Part shown: piece by piece, positions 51,201-64,000 of the stretch
How the letters are laid out: every line of letters starts with the position of its first letter
Numbering within the stretch: the stretch's first letter is position 1
Source: Balanoglossus misakiensis
Taxonomy: Eukaryota > Animalia > Hemichordata
NCBI GenBank assembly: GCA_040954595.2
Contig: CM082590.2
Span: 10,008,088 to 10,072,087, forward strand
Direction of reading: 5' to 3'
DNA: 64,000 bases
Made by a program: the position numbers and the translations under genes
The notes under the pieces: generated by a model
The model's database searches: none
The model's input: the letters and a program-made list of their open reading frames with translations, nothing else
What the model was told of the DNA's origin: nothing

Positions 51201-54200
51201 ACGTCACGGTATTAGTGAAGTCGGAACGATTTTCTAATATAAAGGAAACTTCACAAGCCCCGGTCAAGTATAGACAGACATAAGCAGTCTCTATACAAAG
51301 GTAATGTTCCGAAGAAATGCAGAGATTATCTGTTGAATGGCCGGGCTGGTATTTTAGTTTTTTTATAACCCAAGATTAACAGGGGGACTATTCCCTGAGT
51401 ATTTCTCTACACCGTTTCGATCGTTTCGCCGAGTGTTTGGCCCTGTAGTAATAAAGCAGCGTGGTATGTTAATGTTAGGGGTCTTTTATGTCGAAATTGG
51501 TCTGCCGACGCAGTTGGGAAAACAAGACGATACCGTCTTTCACAGCGGAATCTTCAGAACATACCGACACAAAAAACCGCAATTGTAGGGTTGTGTAAGA
51601 GTCTGGAGATCTGAAACAATAAGTCGGACACTCGGGAGAAGTCGTTTAGTCGATAACCAAACAGACAAAGTTTCCGATAACTCGTAACAACCCCAAACAC
51701 GTGCTTTATGGGATGGCCGGAGCTTTGAGGAAGGACGTAGTTGCAAATTACCCTCGAAAAACAGCATTGGGGAATGTCGGCCGTCGGTCGCCGATTGCTC
51801 AAAAACATACCGACATATTTCAACGAATATTTCTCGCCAACCAATGCAAAGCAGTGGAATTTTGGTCGTGCGGAGCTAGAATGTGACATTCTGTTAAGTT
51901 TTCCACATCCAGATGATAATTTTTATGAAGAAATTACAAAGAATGAAAAAAATGAACGACTCACGTATTGGCGGAGTGACCTGCATTGTGATTTGGTTCT
52001 AAAAAAATCGCCCTCTCGAAAACTCGACCTGTCATTCAAATTGACGGCGAACCACCCAACAACAAACAAAATCAATATTTTAGAAACCAGACAAATTTGG
52101 CCGATACACGCCATCATAATTCTAAAACATGGTCGATATTTGTGTTCTAAGAATTGTCTCGTAGAGTTTGTTTTAAGTACAGAGGAGTTCGGTAACTTCA
52201 TTAAAATTTGAAATTATCATGGCAGCGCTTCATTGGTCAAAATATTCCCGAAACAGCTGTGACATTCTTTCACTCAAAACTGCCCCTGTGTCCGCTGCAT
52301 TTACCGTAGTTTTCTAATCATTTTTTTCAGCCTAAGATGCAAATATGTCTTCATTAAGGCTTTGATTTGTATAACAACAAGATATGAGGGTCCTAGTACC
52401 AGATTTTTTTAAATTTCAATGATGACAGTGTGTAGGTGGTATACATGTCGTTCGCACGCATAAAACATATGTCATCTTTAACATATGGTTTCTCAACACA
52501 AAATCGTGCTTTATGGCAATATTAATTTTTGTATGTCTTTTAAACCGAATTAATCATTCTCATGCAAGTTAAACAAATCTTTGTCAAACCCCCCGGCATT
52601 CGTTTGTTTTTCTGTGTGGGTGAACAATTTCAACAACACGACAATTCTGCCGGCAAATTGCCCCTATCTGGTTTTGGTTGCGTGGTAGAATTGAAAATTA
52701 GATCAGTATTACGCAATTTATTACACACTCGTTATTCTAGGGAATAAACTGCCCTTCTTCCAGTTACTGCGAATACAAGAGTTTGAAAACAGCAGAAACT
52801 TTGTACATGTACACAGAAAAACTAGAACAGTTGTGTAGATGTGTACCAACGGTTAGGGGTGCGTGCGAATATGCCCTCCCCATGTTACTGAGAAGTTTCA
52901 CAAAATACATGCATAGGTTCAAGTGTTGGTATGCCAAAAAATAAACTCATTCCATCCTGGCTGCGTGGCTGAATAATTTCATGATTTCCAAATGTCCCCA
53001 CTGTCTGGATGGGAGAGATTCGATAACGACATTTTACACTTTCACCTAGTGGTGTGTCTTGCCAGTGTTTACATGAGGATCCTTGTGTTCCCCTAGTTAG
53101 GGCAAAATTGTGATGCCGGGTGTCAGATAGCTCTACTCCTCCTTGCAAGACACTACGGACCCCTTAGTCAAAATATTAAGCTCCACTAGCTGCAATTTTG
53201 GCTGCATTTGCAGTATTTTATGTATCTACTGAGGCTTCTGGTTCGATTAATAAAAGTTCCAGTACATTTAGATTACCAACACAGTCTGTGTGACTGTAAA
53301 CCCAGCATTGTTATTGTTGAAAACAGACCAAGCCCGGACTAGAATTCATTTCTCAAAATTTCTCAAAACCATCAATGGTCGTTGCACACGAATAGACAGA
53401 AGGCAGGAAATTTAAACAGAGTACAGGGGTAAAATGAGAAACTGTAGTTAATATATACAATGAAATAGCCCCAAAAGAAATAGCAAAAGTCCCCTTTAAT
53501 CACATACTACAGTTTCCATTTTTCTATCCGGAATCTTCACAATAAAAAAGGCTTATTCTGAGTTTCACTTTTTGACATTTTAAGGCAAATGACCGACTTC
53601 CGTTTCCGGAGAACAACCAGCTCCACATCAGCTGCCTACGTCGAATGCATTTCCAAATAGGGTGTCTTGAATAACGACAATTTATACGCTTGCGCTAGTG
53701 AACCCGCCCCACCACCCAGACGTTATTGACAGAGCGGTGGGAGTCAGAACAAATTCTTAAAACTGCAAAATTTTCAATCCTGTTCCGCGTTTATTTTGGT
53801 CCGAAAACAGCTTACAACAGAAATTTTACAACTGAAGTCTAAAATTAACCTTCAAAACGGAGAAAAAAATTATATAAATTTCCTCAATAGAATGTAAGCT
53901 TACTGATATTCAAATTTTGACTGAGATTTTATGATACACGCTCAAACTTTTTTTTCCACTGTATACACTACGGTTGACATCAGAGACTTTTGACCCTCCT
54001 TGCTAATTTTGCCGCTCAAAACACCAGAAATCCGCTCTGATTACTTGGAATTTTTCATTTTCTCACTACCAGCGGAAGACTTCCGACATATCCAAAAGTT
54101 ACGAGACTCCATAATTCAAAAGATGCCCGCAGACGACAGAAGGGTTCCCCTCCCCTTTTCCCGCCTGTAAATTCTAGCGATCTGAGCAAAAGTCGTCGGG

Positions 54201-57200
54201 TTGAAGGAATCGGCTTTTAGCGCTCGTTAGCAAAGCTTTTCTAGTCACCGTGCTAAAAGGTAAGGACAACGTTTGAGAGCCTCTTTCAAGTCTTCGGATG
54301 ATTTTATCACGTTCGTGAGAAGTTGGCACAAAACAGATAGAAAATATCTGATAACATGTTTATGATGGGCATATATCCAGATGGTCGATAAATCAACACG
54401 AATCAGCACGCAATGATATGATGAAAGTTAATGTTCGTTGCAAACTCAAAATAATATGTGCAAAAGTGTTAAAAATCGCAGGGTTTGTCGCACAGAGTAA
54501 AACGTTTCAGTTGACTGGTGGCAGCTTGGTTCTCATGCAACAGGTTACGGAGCCCACACGACAATTCAATTTACGAAAACCAATATTTTCTTTCATCCTC
54601 AACTGCTGTTTTCTGTTTGTTTTTGGTGCCATATTTCATTAATAGTTTATTTCTGAGAGTGAAATATGGAACAAACCATGCATGGGTGGCGATAAACGAA
54701 ATATTTTATTTTTAATGCTGTATGTTAGACACCGTTTGTCAATTTTTGTTAAAAATAATTTTTAAAAAGACGCTAGCTTTTTATGCAACACATTTGGAAG
54801 CACCTGAGCATGAATTATATTCAAAACGAATTTTGTAAGCCTTATTGCGATTGGTTGTTTGAAACAGATTTGAAGAAACCAGCTGCATTACTGATAATGC
54901 AACTCAAAGGGGGTAAATTTATGAAACAATGTAACAAGTGAAGTTCTAACGCAGTACATCTGATACAAAGGATCTGCTACATTTGAACTACAATGTAACA
55001 GAAATTACGGACGCTTGGAGCGCGCGGTTCTTCATTTGTTACAGTTTGATCATTTGTGTCTCTCATTATGTCGCGCTATGTCATAGTCCGTTTCTTCAAA
55101 CAGCGAATCACAACACAGCTTACATTTTGGTTGTGACTCGTATGAACAATGCCAACTTTGCCACTGCAACTTTTTCTACATGCTAAGATGTCTGCTGTTT
55201 TGTACTCGTGTTAAAGGAAAAGTTTCTTTCCAAAATTAGCCATCAAGTTACGTGTAAGCTTTGCAGGTCTCAACGCGATGTTGATTAATTTCAGAGACTT
55301 CATCAATGACAACAAGCGCCGACATGTCAAGACAGTGAATTTCGTACAATTTGTTAATCTGGTAGTTAAATTTCACAATGCACAATTATCAGTTTCGGTT
55401 ATCGCCATGCATTTACGCAATTTTAAGAGCAAATGGCGATGGGCTTTTTATGTCATTCTGGATATTTTTGTTTGGTTTGAAAAAAATCTTTTGCGTGATG
55501 TGTGGGTGAATCATCAGTCAACGGAGCTTCCACTTTCTGCATAGACCAATATAAATCAACTTTTCTGTGAGAATTTTAAAATTTAAAATCTATATTGCCG
55601 GGCGACATACACTTTGCTTCATTATTGCAAAAAAAAAATGATCACTTTTTGGGATCTCGCGCAGAAAAAATATTTTATTCAACACTGATTAATTGAACAG
55701 ATATACAACTGACATGAAAAATGTGTTTTGGCGTGAAACCGTTTGCTTCGACCTTTTCACGGCAATTGGAAAATTAATGAAACGAGTATTTTCGGAAGTT
55801 GTCTTTTAATGTCGGACAGTGTTTCACAAGGGATTAGACTCGTAGGTGACTTACAGTAGCCATGGGCCGCGTTTAATTTGCATCTCATTAACATGTAACT
55901 GCAATTAGACACAGCAATTAAGGCCTAATCAGTAATTAAAATTTGCATATTTATGATCTTCCCACCACACATGAGCGGTTTTTTTGTGGGCTCCACTGAC
56001 TCCATTTCCCGCCTCGTTCACACCTCTTCGCTTCTTCCACTCTTACTTGTTTTCAAAACTGGCGTTTTTTTTCACAAACCGACAGGACGGAAAACTGAAG
56101 GTTTTTTCGCCAATGACAGCAATTAAAATGGTAATTGAAATCGGCTTATAATAGGAAGTCGTTTCTGACAGCTGAAGGGACACCGCGAATCACACATCTA
56201 CAGATTTTGAGTGAAAAATTAATCCATATTCTTTACAAATTCGCTTAGTAGCACAAGAAACATTCCACGCTTACGCGAGTGTAGAATGCTCAGCATTAGA
56301 ATTCAACGGAAATCATTACATGTATTGCCAAAAAAACTAGCTTCCATAGTACATATTAAGTTCTGAATACATAACGTAGTGGCACCTTTAGTTTTACACA
56401 TTCATTAACCAGAATCGCAATGAAGAGAACAAGTCATCAAATTGTATCATTTTCCCCCCGCATTTACCAGAAAAGTTAAAACTTTCACTTTTCCGCTGAC
56501 AAGAAAGTGAAAACAGTGAAAGGTTAACTGTAGTGACTTCTTGCCGTGATTATTGCAAAAATATCTCTTTAACACCATAGACAGCTTTAGTTCCTTCTGA
56601 TCACGCGCGTTCTTACTTACGTACATTTGGTGATATTATTACTAAATGCAGTCATTTGCCCAGCGCACCCTGTTGGGGTAGTTTGTCAAAATCGTGTAAA
56701 AGAGAATTTTGAGCTCATTGCTGGCGCTTATATTCGATCATAATGAAGGCTGGCGAGTATTAACGAGTGACTGTGCTAATCACCTATGATAAATGGTCAG
56801 AATTTGAGAGTTAGCGGAGGAAAAACTTGAGGACTGGTTACGAAACCGGTGATTTGATTCAAATTCCGCTCGCGTAGTCGACACCAGTCAACTCACCGCT
56901 GCAGACAAACACAACGACTATAATCGATTCACAGGCAGCAATAATATCACTGGAGATTTTTGGCAATGGTCGCGATATTAGAGGGGGTTACACCACCCCA
57001 AAAACAGAGAAGACGATACTTGGTATCTAGTCCCAGGGGGAGGGGTAAAAACCGCTATGAACTACAGAAAAGGCTCGTGGTTTTTACTGACCGCCATCCT
57101 AAATATGAAAAGAGAATTATTTTTTTATAACTGTCTGTGGGGTTGTGTAAAATTATTCTTGTCGCGTCTCGTACAGACCCGATAACACCGATGCATATGA

Positions 57201-60200
57201 TGAATGTTCCCGCCATACTCATTTGTTATGTGGAAGTTATAAACGTGAACAAAAATGAAATACAGGGAAATCTATCTCAACGCCGCGCAAACTACTAGTA
57301 TACAAAATGTCACATCCCGGCCATATAACAAGCATATACACCACATGAGTATATGTTCATGATTGTTCCAAACCAAAAGTAGATTATACGATTTTTTCTT
57401 TTGGAAAATTTTAGTAAAGCGGTCGTCCAAATTGCGAACTATCATCCATTGGATACATCGTTTATGTTTTTGTGAACAACTGTCACAAGTTTCGAATGGT
57501 GTAAATTAATTTTTTTCTAAATTTACTTTCTCGACGGCTGATGCACATCTTCAAAGGAACAGAATGCGATTCTGGCACGGGAAGTAAATTATCTATTGTT
57601 TTCTTCTAAATAGAGATTGTCAGCTTGTTTCATTCGGTCGTTCAGACCTGTTTCTTTTTTTGCTGCCACGCCGTGCCCTTTCCTTTGCATTACTAGAAAT
57701 GGAAACTCGCCTGACGCCACTAAATTACGACAAAAGTCAACAGTTTTGTGAAAAAGTTCTCGCCATCGGTGACTGTCACTTGAAAGAGAGAGTTTCAATA
57801 TTCGGTCGATTATGATATGTTTTAGACGTTGACTGAAAAAACTATACTTTTTTGTTTTAAAGTGTGATTGCAGATAGTTGGGATAGAAAATATATAAAAA
57901 TAAAACGACATGGCCAGATGTCCCTCTTCGCGTATAATTAACAGCTTGGTTTTTTCCTTTTTATTGAGACTGGGTGAGCTGGCGACAAAAATAGAGACGA
58001 AAACTAGTGCGCATTTGTGTCATGATCGCTTATTTACGAGACTAAAGTGAGTTTTGCATCACCCAGGTCTTGTGATATATTTCGATAGAAAAAAAGAACA
58101 CGAACAAATTCTGCCCAGCAAAAATAATTCATTGTGCTGTTGAAAACTTGCATTTTCTTGCGTGAGAAATTCACCTCCAGATTGTTTGTTTGTTGTTTGT
58201 TGTTTGACAACTAAGTACTCTACTGTACAATGCATTTGGTAATTAGCATAATTTGATGTGCAAATATGTTGATTAAGGTGACTTTGTGTTGTTTTAATTA
58301 ACTACAGCTTTTGAAAAAGGAGTAATTGATACCACCGACTTGTGAACGACGGCTGTTAACGCCTTTACTACAGGCCCTACTAATCATAGGGATTTCGACA
58401 CCGACTTGCTAATAATCCACAACTAACATGATATGCTATGGGATGTCCTTTTACGATCCCTCTCGCAATCTCTGCCAACTGATGGGTTCCTTCGATTGAT
58501 TGGGAATCGATAAGAGTTGCATTTACTGGTAGATGAACTTTATAAAGATCGACAAGCACGATAGCACTCGGATAAAGAAAAACCCGCCTTTGAATATTAA
58601 ACAAATCTGACTTTTTTTACTGCGCCAGCGTACGATCCAGGATTCGTCTTTAACCTTCGAATCCTTTAAATACCAACTGTGTGGCGACATAAATCAAACG
58701 GTGTGATGATACACGACAGGTGATAATTCCATTTATTTCTCTCCTTCGCGTGCAGCGCAGACGAATTCTCGCAATATTTATGGCTGAAAAATCGCCAGAT
58801 ATACGTTTAGCCCTCACAAAACGGGTCTTTTAAATTCAATTCAGAAAAACACAGGTGATTCAAAACGGTTATTAAAGTTGTCAATATGTTGTGATTATTT
58901 CTACCAATAACGCCTCATTTGTTTTTCGTGCAACGTATGTTGTGTTAGATGCGTGACGATATACGCAGGTGCTCAAGGAGAAACGCGATATTCAAATTCA
59001 AGTTCGGCTAAAATCACCGGCAAGTGGGATCGAAATTGTGACCAGTGGGGCGACAGAAATACCCATACATGTGGAAAAAAACTAGAGGTGTGAAGCTGGT
59101 GACTGTGGGCGAATAATGAACGGTTTCTATGCTTCCGGGAACTTTGTATGATAGAGGGACTCCAAGTCGCAAGTCAATGAAGCATGAAAGCGAGAGTTCC
59201 CACACTATACAGCCAGACAGACAGAGACACACACGGACTGAGTAACAGACAAGGACAGAAACAGACAGGGTTTAGTTTTGGTTTGGTGCGTTGTTGTGGG
59301 GCTGTGTTTCTTCTACATTTTGTGACTAACGCGACTGTGTGTTGCGGCCCACGTGTTCATGTTTTGACTTGAGGGAGATTGGACACACACACACACACAA
59401 AAAGGGAAAGATAAATTGAAGCGGCGACCCCGAGAACAACGTGTCTTTTTGTCCGTTCTCCGCGGTGACATTTCAACCTCGGCGCCGAATGAATGGAGCG
59501 AAACCCCGGCACGATTGCCAATCCTGCCCCGGTCGTCGTGTTCCAACACGAACCACGGACGGAGGACACGAACACAATTGTGATCAACACTTCATCACTG
59601 ATGATCTGAGACGATTAACACGAATAAACCACCTTCACTTGTCAACCTCCCTTACACTAAACAAGAAACTCAAACGATATAGGGGAATACCTCGACCGCG
59701 TTCCAGCGTTTCCATGGCAATCAAAGGAAGACAACCATACAAGTATAGTTATGTACCGCTTTAATTGGGACAAGTTCCCCCGTATATCCCTTGAAGGGAT
59801 TTTTCACACTTTCGCGATCCGCGGGCGATCATCACGCCTTATTACATATTCAAATTTCCCCGCGCAATAAGCAGTCCAAGTTAAGCATTGTAACAGATGG
59901 ACAAGAAGTTAAACCCGGGACAAAAATCTGATTTTTATCTAAAAAGAATGTTCAGTGAAAGAAAAAATTCACGTATGCATTGCTATTAATACACCGGTGA
60001 ATGCAGTTGGCGAGGATTGGGCAGAAGTGGGCCCGTTTCCAGTGCACAACAAGGCCACCAAAAGCCGTGCCTCGACATCGGTATGGTAAGACACGACAAA
60101 ATAAGGGTCCACAAAAACTAATAAAGGCGATAGCATAAGACAGTAGTTTAAAACAAAAGTGACAAATTTGACTTGTTTGGTCAGAACGGACACTAAATCC

Positions 60201-63200
60201 GCCGCCGCGAGATGGTGAAGTTGAGTGGGAAGGGTATATAGGCCAGAGTGTGCCCCGGGGCTATAACACGTCACTCTCTCGCCCGAGCGACACATTTTCT
60301 CTAAGTCTCTGTCCGAGGCAACCGGTTCACACAGGCGTTGCAAAACAAATGTGATACATCATGATCAGACAGTGAAACCACCACAATTGTTTGGCACCAT
60401 GTCATGCGATGATCCGAGCTCTACCATGAAGTCAAAGACACCCTTAAAGTTTGATGCCGGACCAAAGACACAGTCCTTCTCCAACAAGGAGGGCCAATAT
60501 TCATTTTAAAAAAACGAAGAAATTCATACAAAAAAACAAACATTTAATATAGGAATGTTGATAATAGTAATTTAAACTCGATTCTAATCAAACTCCAAAC
60601 ATGTAACAATTAGACAAGACAAGTTTTCACAATCTTCCAGAGCGAAGAACACACTCATTGGTCAAAAATGGCCAATCATTCGACTCCTCACTCCACCCAA
60701 AGCTAAATAACCGAGTAATTTGAACCGACGTACGAAAGAGATATTAAACGGGGCAATATAATATGTAGTTCACACTTTAAATGGGCCGCGATATTTCGCA
60801 ATGTTGCGATGATACGAGCTCGTTAAACCTTAAATAAAAGCGACCCTGATTTCTCGTCAGAAATGCAAATGGGTCCCACTGCTAACGCGGAAAAAGTTAA
60901 AATGTGTCGAATTTATTGAGATATAAAAACACACAGTGTCCTATTCAGAAAGTTGACCCGGATGGTCCTATCTATTGACATCGAACTGTAAAAGTGCGAC
61001 ACTTGTATTATATGTTAGCGGGTCATAATGTTCTGCCAAATCGGCGAAGGGGCCGCAATCACACAATATCCAGTTATATGGGCACTGCATTTAAATCGGC
61101 GATAAATTCTGCCAGGATAGGGTAAAATTATGCCGACACAAAAGCCTCGTTTCTTATAAGAACGAGATTGATGCAGTGACAGAGCGCTAGAGCGACATAC
61201 ACATGTTTGTTGTTACATTGCTGTCGTACTGCTTCACTGGTTATGCGTTTCGCACGTACGTGCTAAAATAGTCTAACCGATTTTAACATACCTTGCGTAC
61301 TGAGACTCTCGCTGCCCGGTAACTATGGTAATGCCAGGACGCCCCGCACAAGAAAAACGAGAACAGGTCAGAGATTTTGGCCGCTTCTATATCAGTGTCG
61401 GAGAGGGAGATGTGTCGTGATAGCTTAGTTGGGATGAAATAAGCGTAGAAGGTATTTGAAGTTGCTGAGGTATTGCAAAGACAAAGAAATTGCCTAATTT
61501 ATCAATGTCAGATAATCGCACACCTCCAGTGACATACAACAATAAGCCACGCTATAACGGACGGGCAGGGGCGACAGAACACGCTCTATAGTCAACTAAC
61601 CAATATGCATATGAGATCGAATCTGGTTGGGTCGGTAACCACGGCGAAAACAAAAACCCGCCAAAAGCGAGACTTGTCGTCTTTATTCAATGTGTACATT
61701 AGATGTCGTAAACCATATTGATTTGAGTATGTCCGCGCAGTCGGTCCCGTGACCCCCGCACTCAAACGAACCCAATGACAAATTTTCACACGCTTTAGTA
61801 AATTTTCACAAAAAGAACGACACTTCTGAGACAGGGGTATTCTTCATCGTCATTTGACAACTTTTGTTCGAAAATTGTAACATCAAGTCTTCAAGGGGCA
61901 AGCTCCACGGCGACTCAAAGTATTTTTGGCGGCAAACTGTGCCAGACGACAGCAGAAGTAGAGCGTAGTGAAAGTGAGTAAAAGTTACTAGACCTATGTA
62001 CTTTTCGCGACCACAAATCATACTCAGTGTTTGTACAACAGTAAAATCTCTTCAGCGCTGAAAACTGTTTAAATAAGTTGTTTGCGTCGGTTCTTCAGTC
62101 TTTGGCCGTCTGTTCCAATTGCCACGTTTAAAATTAAAAAATCGAAACCTCTTCATAGACTGGGATGATTTTAAATGTCTCGCAGACTCGTTGTAAAAGT
62201 GGACTTAATTGGCTCAAAACAAAGACAAACAATTGAAGACGGCGTTCTATAGTCGCGGCTTGTTTTGCGTTCCACAGTCATAAATGAGCTCGGCAGTATT
62301 TGGTATGGATGGACGATTGTTTTACAGCCCGGCCGTGTACATAAAAAGTGCCATAAAACGACACACTGGACGTGAGTACCTTTGAAGTGGGATTGTGAAA
62401 GGATTTCCTCAGCGAATGGCGGCGGGTTGTATCAAAGCCAAAAAAGGTGGCTCGGGGAGACTTCTGAGGTACGCCGCAGTTGAAATTACCCACGAGTTAG
62501 GAGGCTCTCCAAAATGGCGTCGTCGCCTACGTCATGCGTAACCTTGAAATAAAAATTGGAGCGGCGAACAGAAAAGGAATTTTATGGTCCAATATCGATG
62601 ATTCAGTCTTCACAATTGCTAAACGACTTTCGCTGACTCCAGCGTTGCCACACTCCCGCTTCCAAAGGTCAAGGCATCGGCAACAACAGCTAAAATATTA
62701 ACAATCGGTTCTGACAACTCTTTCATTCCGCTGTGTCCTCACATCGGGTGAAGGCAAACCGTTTCTAAGCAACCGTACACTCATCAGCGTCTCATCCGGA
62801 TTATCACTCACAGCGCACGCCGGGAGGAATTACTCTCCCGCCGGGAGAGAACATCAAGCAAAGTTACTCGCTTGTTTTTTTTTATTTGTTAAAAAGAAAG
62901 ATGGCGATTATTTGAAATTTCCCCTTAATATAACGAGAAATATTTCACACACTTTTCTGACATTAAAACTTATCTGAAATGATTATTGTAAGAAAACGAA
63001 GCCGAGAGGTGACTTCTTGGTGGCGCTAATCTGTCAAGTCAAACAGTTTCATCCCTGCTATTGCCCATAGATGGTTTGCGTCAAATTTAACTTTTTAAAT
63101 ATTTTGTTTTCAAGACAAAATTAGACCACAAACTTTCAATTAAGGCTTTAAAATAATTATAAACGTAAAGTAGCGCTATATTGCACTTGTCAATTTAAAT

Positions 63201-64000
63201 ATGTTTTTAAAAACTGATCAGAATAAACACCTTTCGGACAGGAAGAATGATGTATGACTTAATGAATCCTATTATTATCTATCAATGCCCATAAAATTGT
63301 TAAGTTTTTCGGCGCCCAGAAGGATTTTTTTTTCGAGATCAGTCCGAGGTTACAACAGAACAAACAAATTAGCAACGCCCCCGCGTACACGTTTCCAACG
63401 TGGAACAACGCTAGTTTCATGGGAATAAACAAACCGTAGCCATGCAATGAAAGTGAGGATTTCGATAACAATCTCTTTCCCTTAAATCTTTGATCCATAT
63501 TTCCCCCACCATCACGGCAAAATAATAATCACGATTTGTGAATGGGGCTCAACGTGTCAAGTCGTTGTGTACATCCTTGTTTACGGAAGTAATTATTTTG
63601 TCTTTCCTAAATAACAGAACGAGCAGAATAATGACGTAATGTTATGTTTCGAGTTGATTGGCACCCGAGGTATATTGCGAGCGCGAAATTCTATGGCACG
63701 AGTAAATAAACACTAAAAATTTGATGTGCACACTCGTAAATAAAATGCATGATGTCACAGAGGTTCTTAAGGTGACATAAAACGCAGATACTCACTCGGT
63801 TTTTTGGAACAACTTCCCGACCTTACAAGAACGGTACCGAAGATAAACGGGATTTTAACGGGAATCGAAGCGCTCGCCTTGTCGTCAGAAACAGACAATA
63901 GTGCGAGAGCGTTGCACCACCTGCTTTTGTCAAATGCGATTGTTACACGGAGCGGAAAGAGAGCGAGTTGAAAAAACGCATTTATCTTTGTTGACTTCGA

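Noticed and set aside
51741-52211. 156-aa plus-strand ORF
   Set aside because: Non-ATG start, no recognisable domain, and no supporting splice structure.
1-64000. miR-10/miR-196 genes, tRNA/rRNA genes, or a DR5 retinoic-acid response element
   Set aside because: None was recognised by eye. miR-10 is expected near Hox4/5, outside this window. A systematic scan could still find something.

Overview
Eukaryotic, AT-rich invertebrate-deuterostome DNA from the middle-to-posterior part of a Hox cluster. The homeodomain signatures look ambulacrarian, most plausibly an enteropneust hemichordate (inference). Two spliced, two-exon Hox genes lie on the minus strand: a central-class gene best read as Hox8 (join 22225-21739, 18940-18645; 260 aa) and a posterior AbdB-class gene best read as Hox9/10 (join 48023-47291, 40927-40659; 333 aa). 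No other intact protein-coding gene is evident, and the remaining ORF-track entries look spurious. The non-coding DNA is rich in structure: a ~2.7-kb foldback element built from a 301-bp (146+155) satellite around a palindromic 42-bp array and a GC-rich core; an apparently perfect 1285-bp tandem duplication; two related solo-LTR-like elements flanking Hox8; a near-perfect 86-bp hairpin; decayed transposon remnants (THAP, possibly OTU and RT); co-oriented CTCF-like sites; Hox/Cdx site clusters; and an extended miR-100-complementary site in the presumed Hox9/10 3' UTR. No prokaryote-type system (CRISPR, operon, rRNA, tRNA) is seen. All motif and homology calls were made by eye, without database searches.
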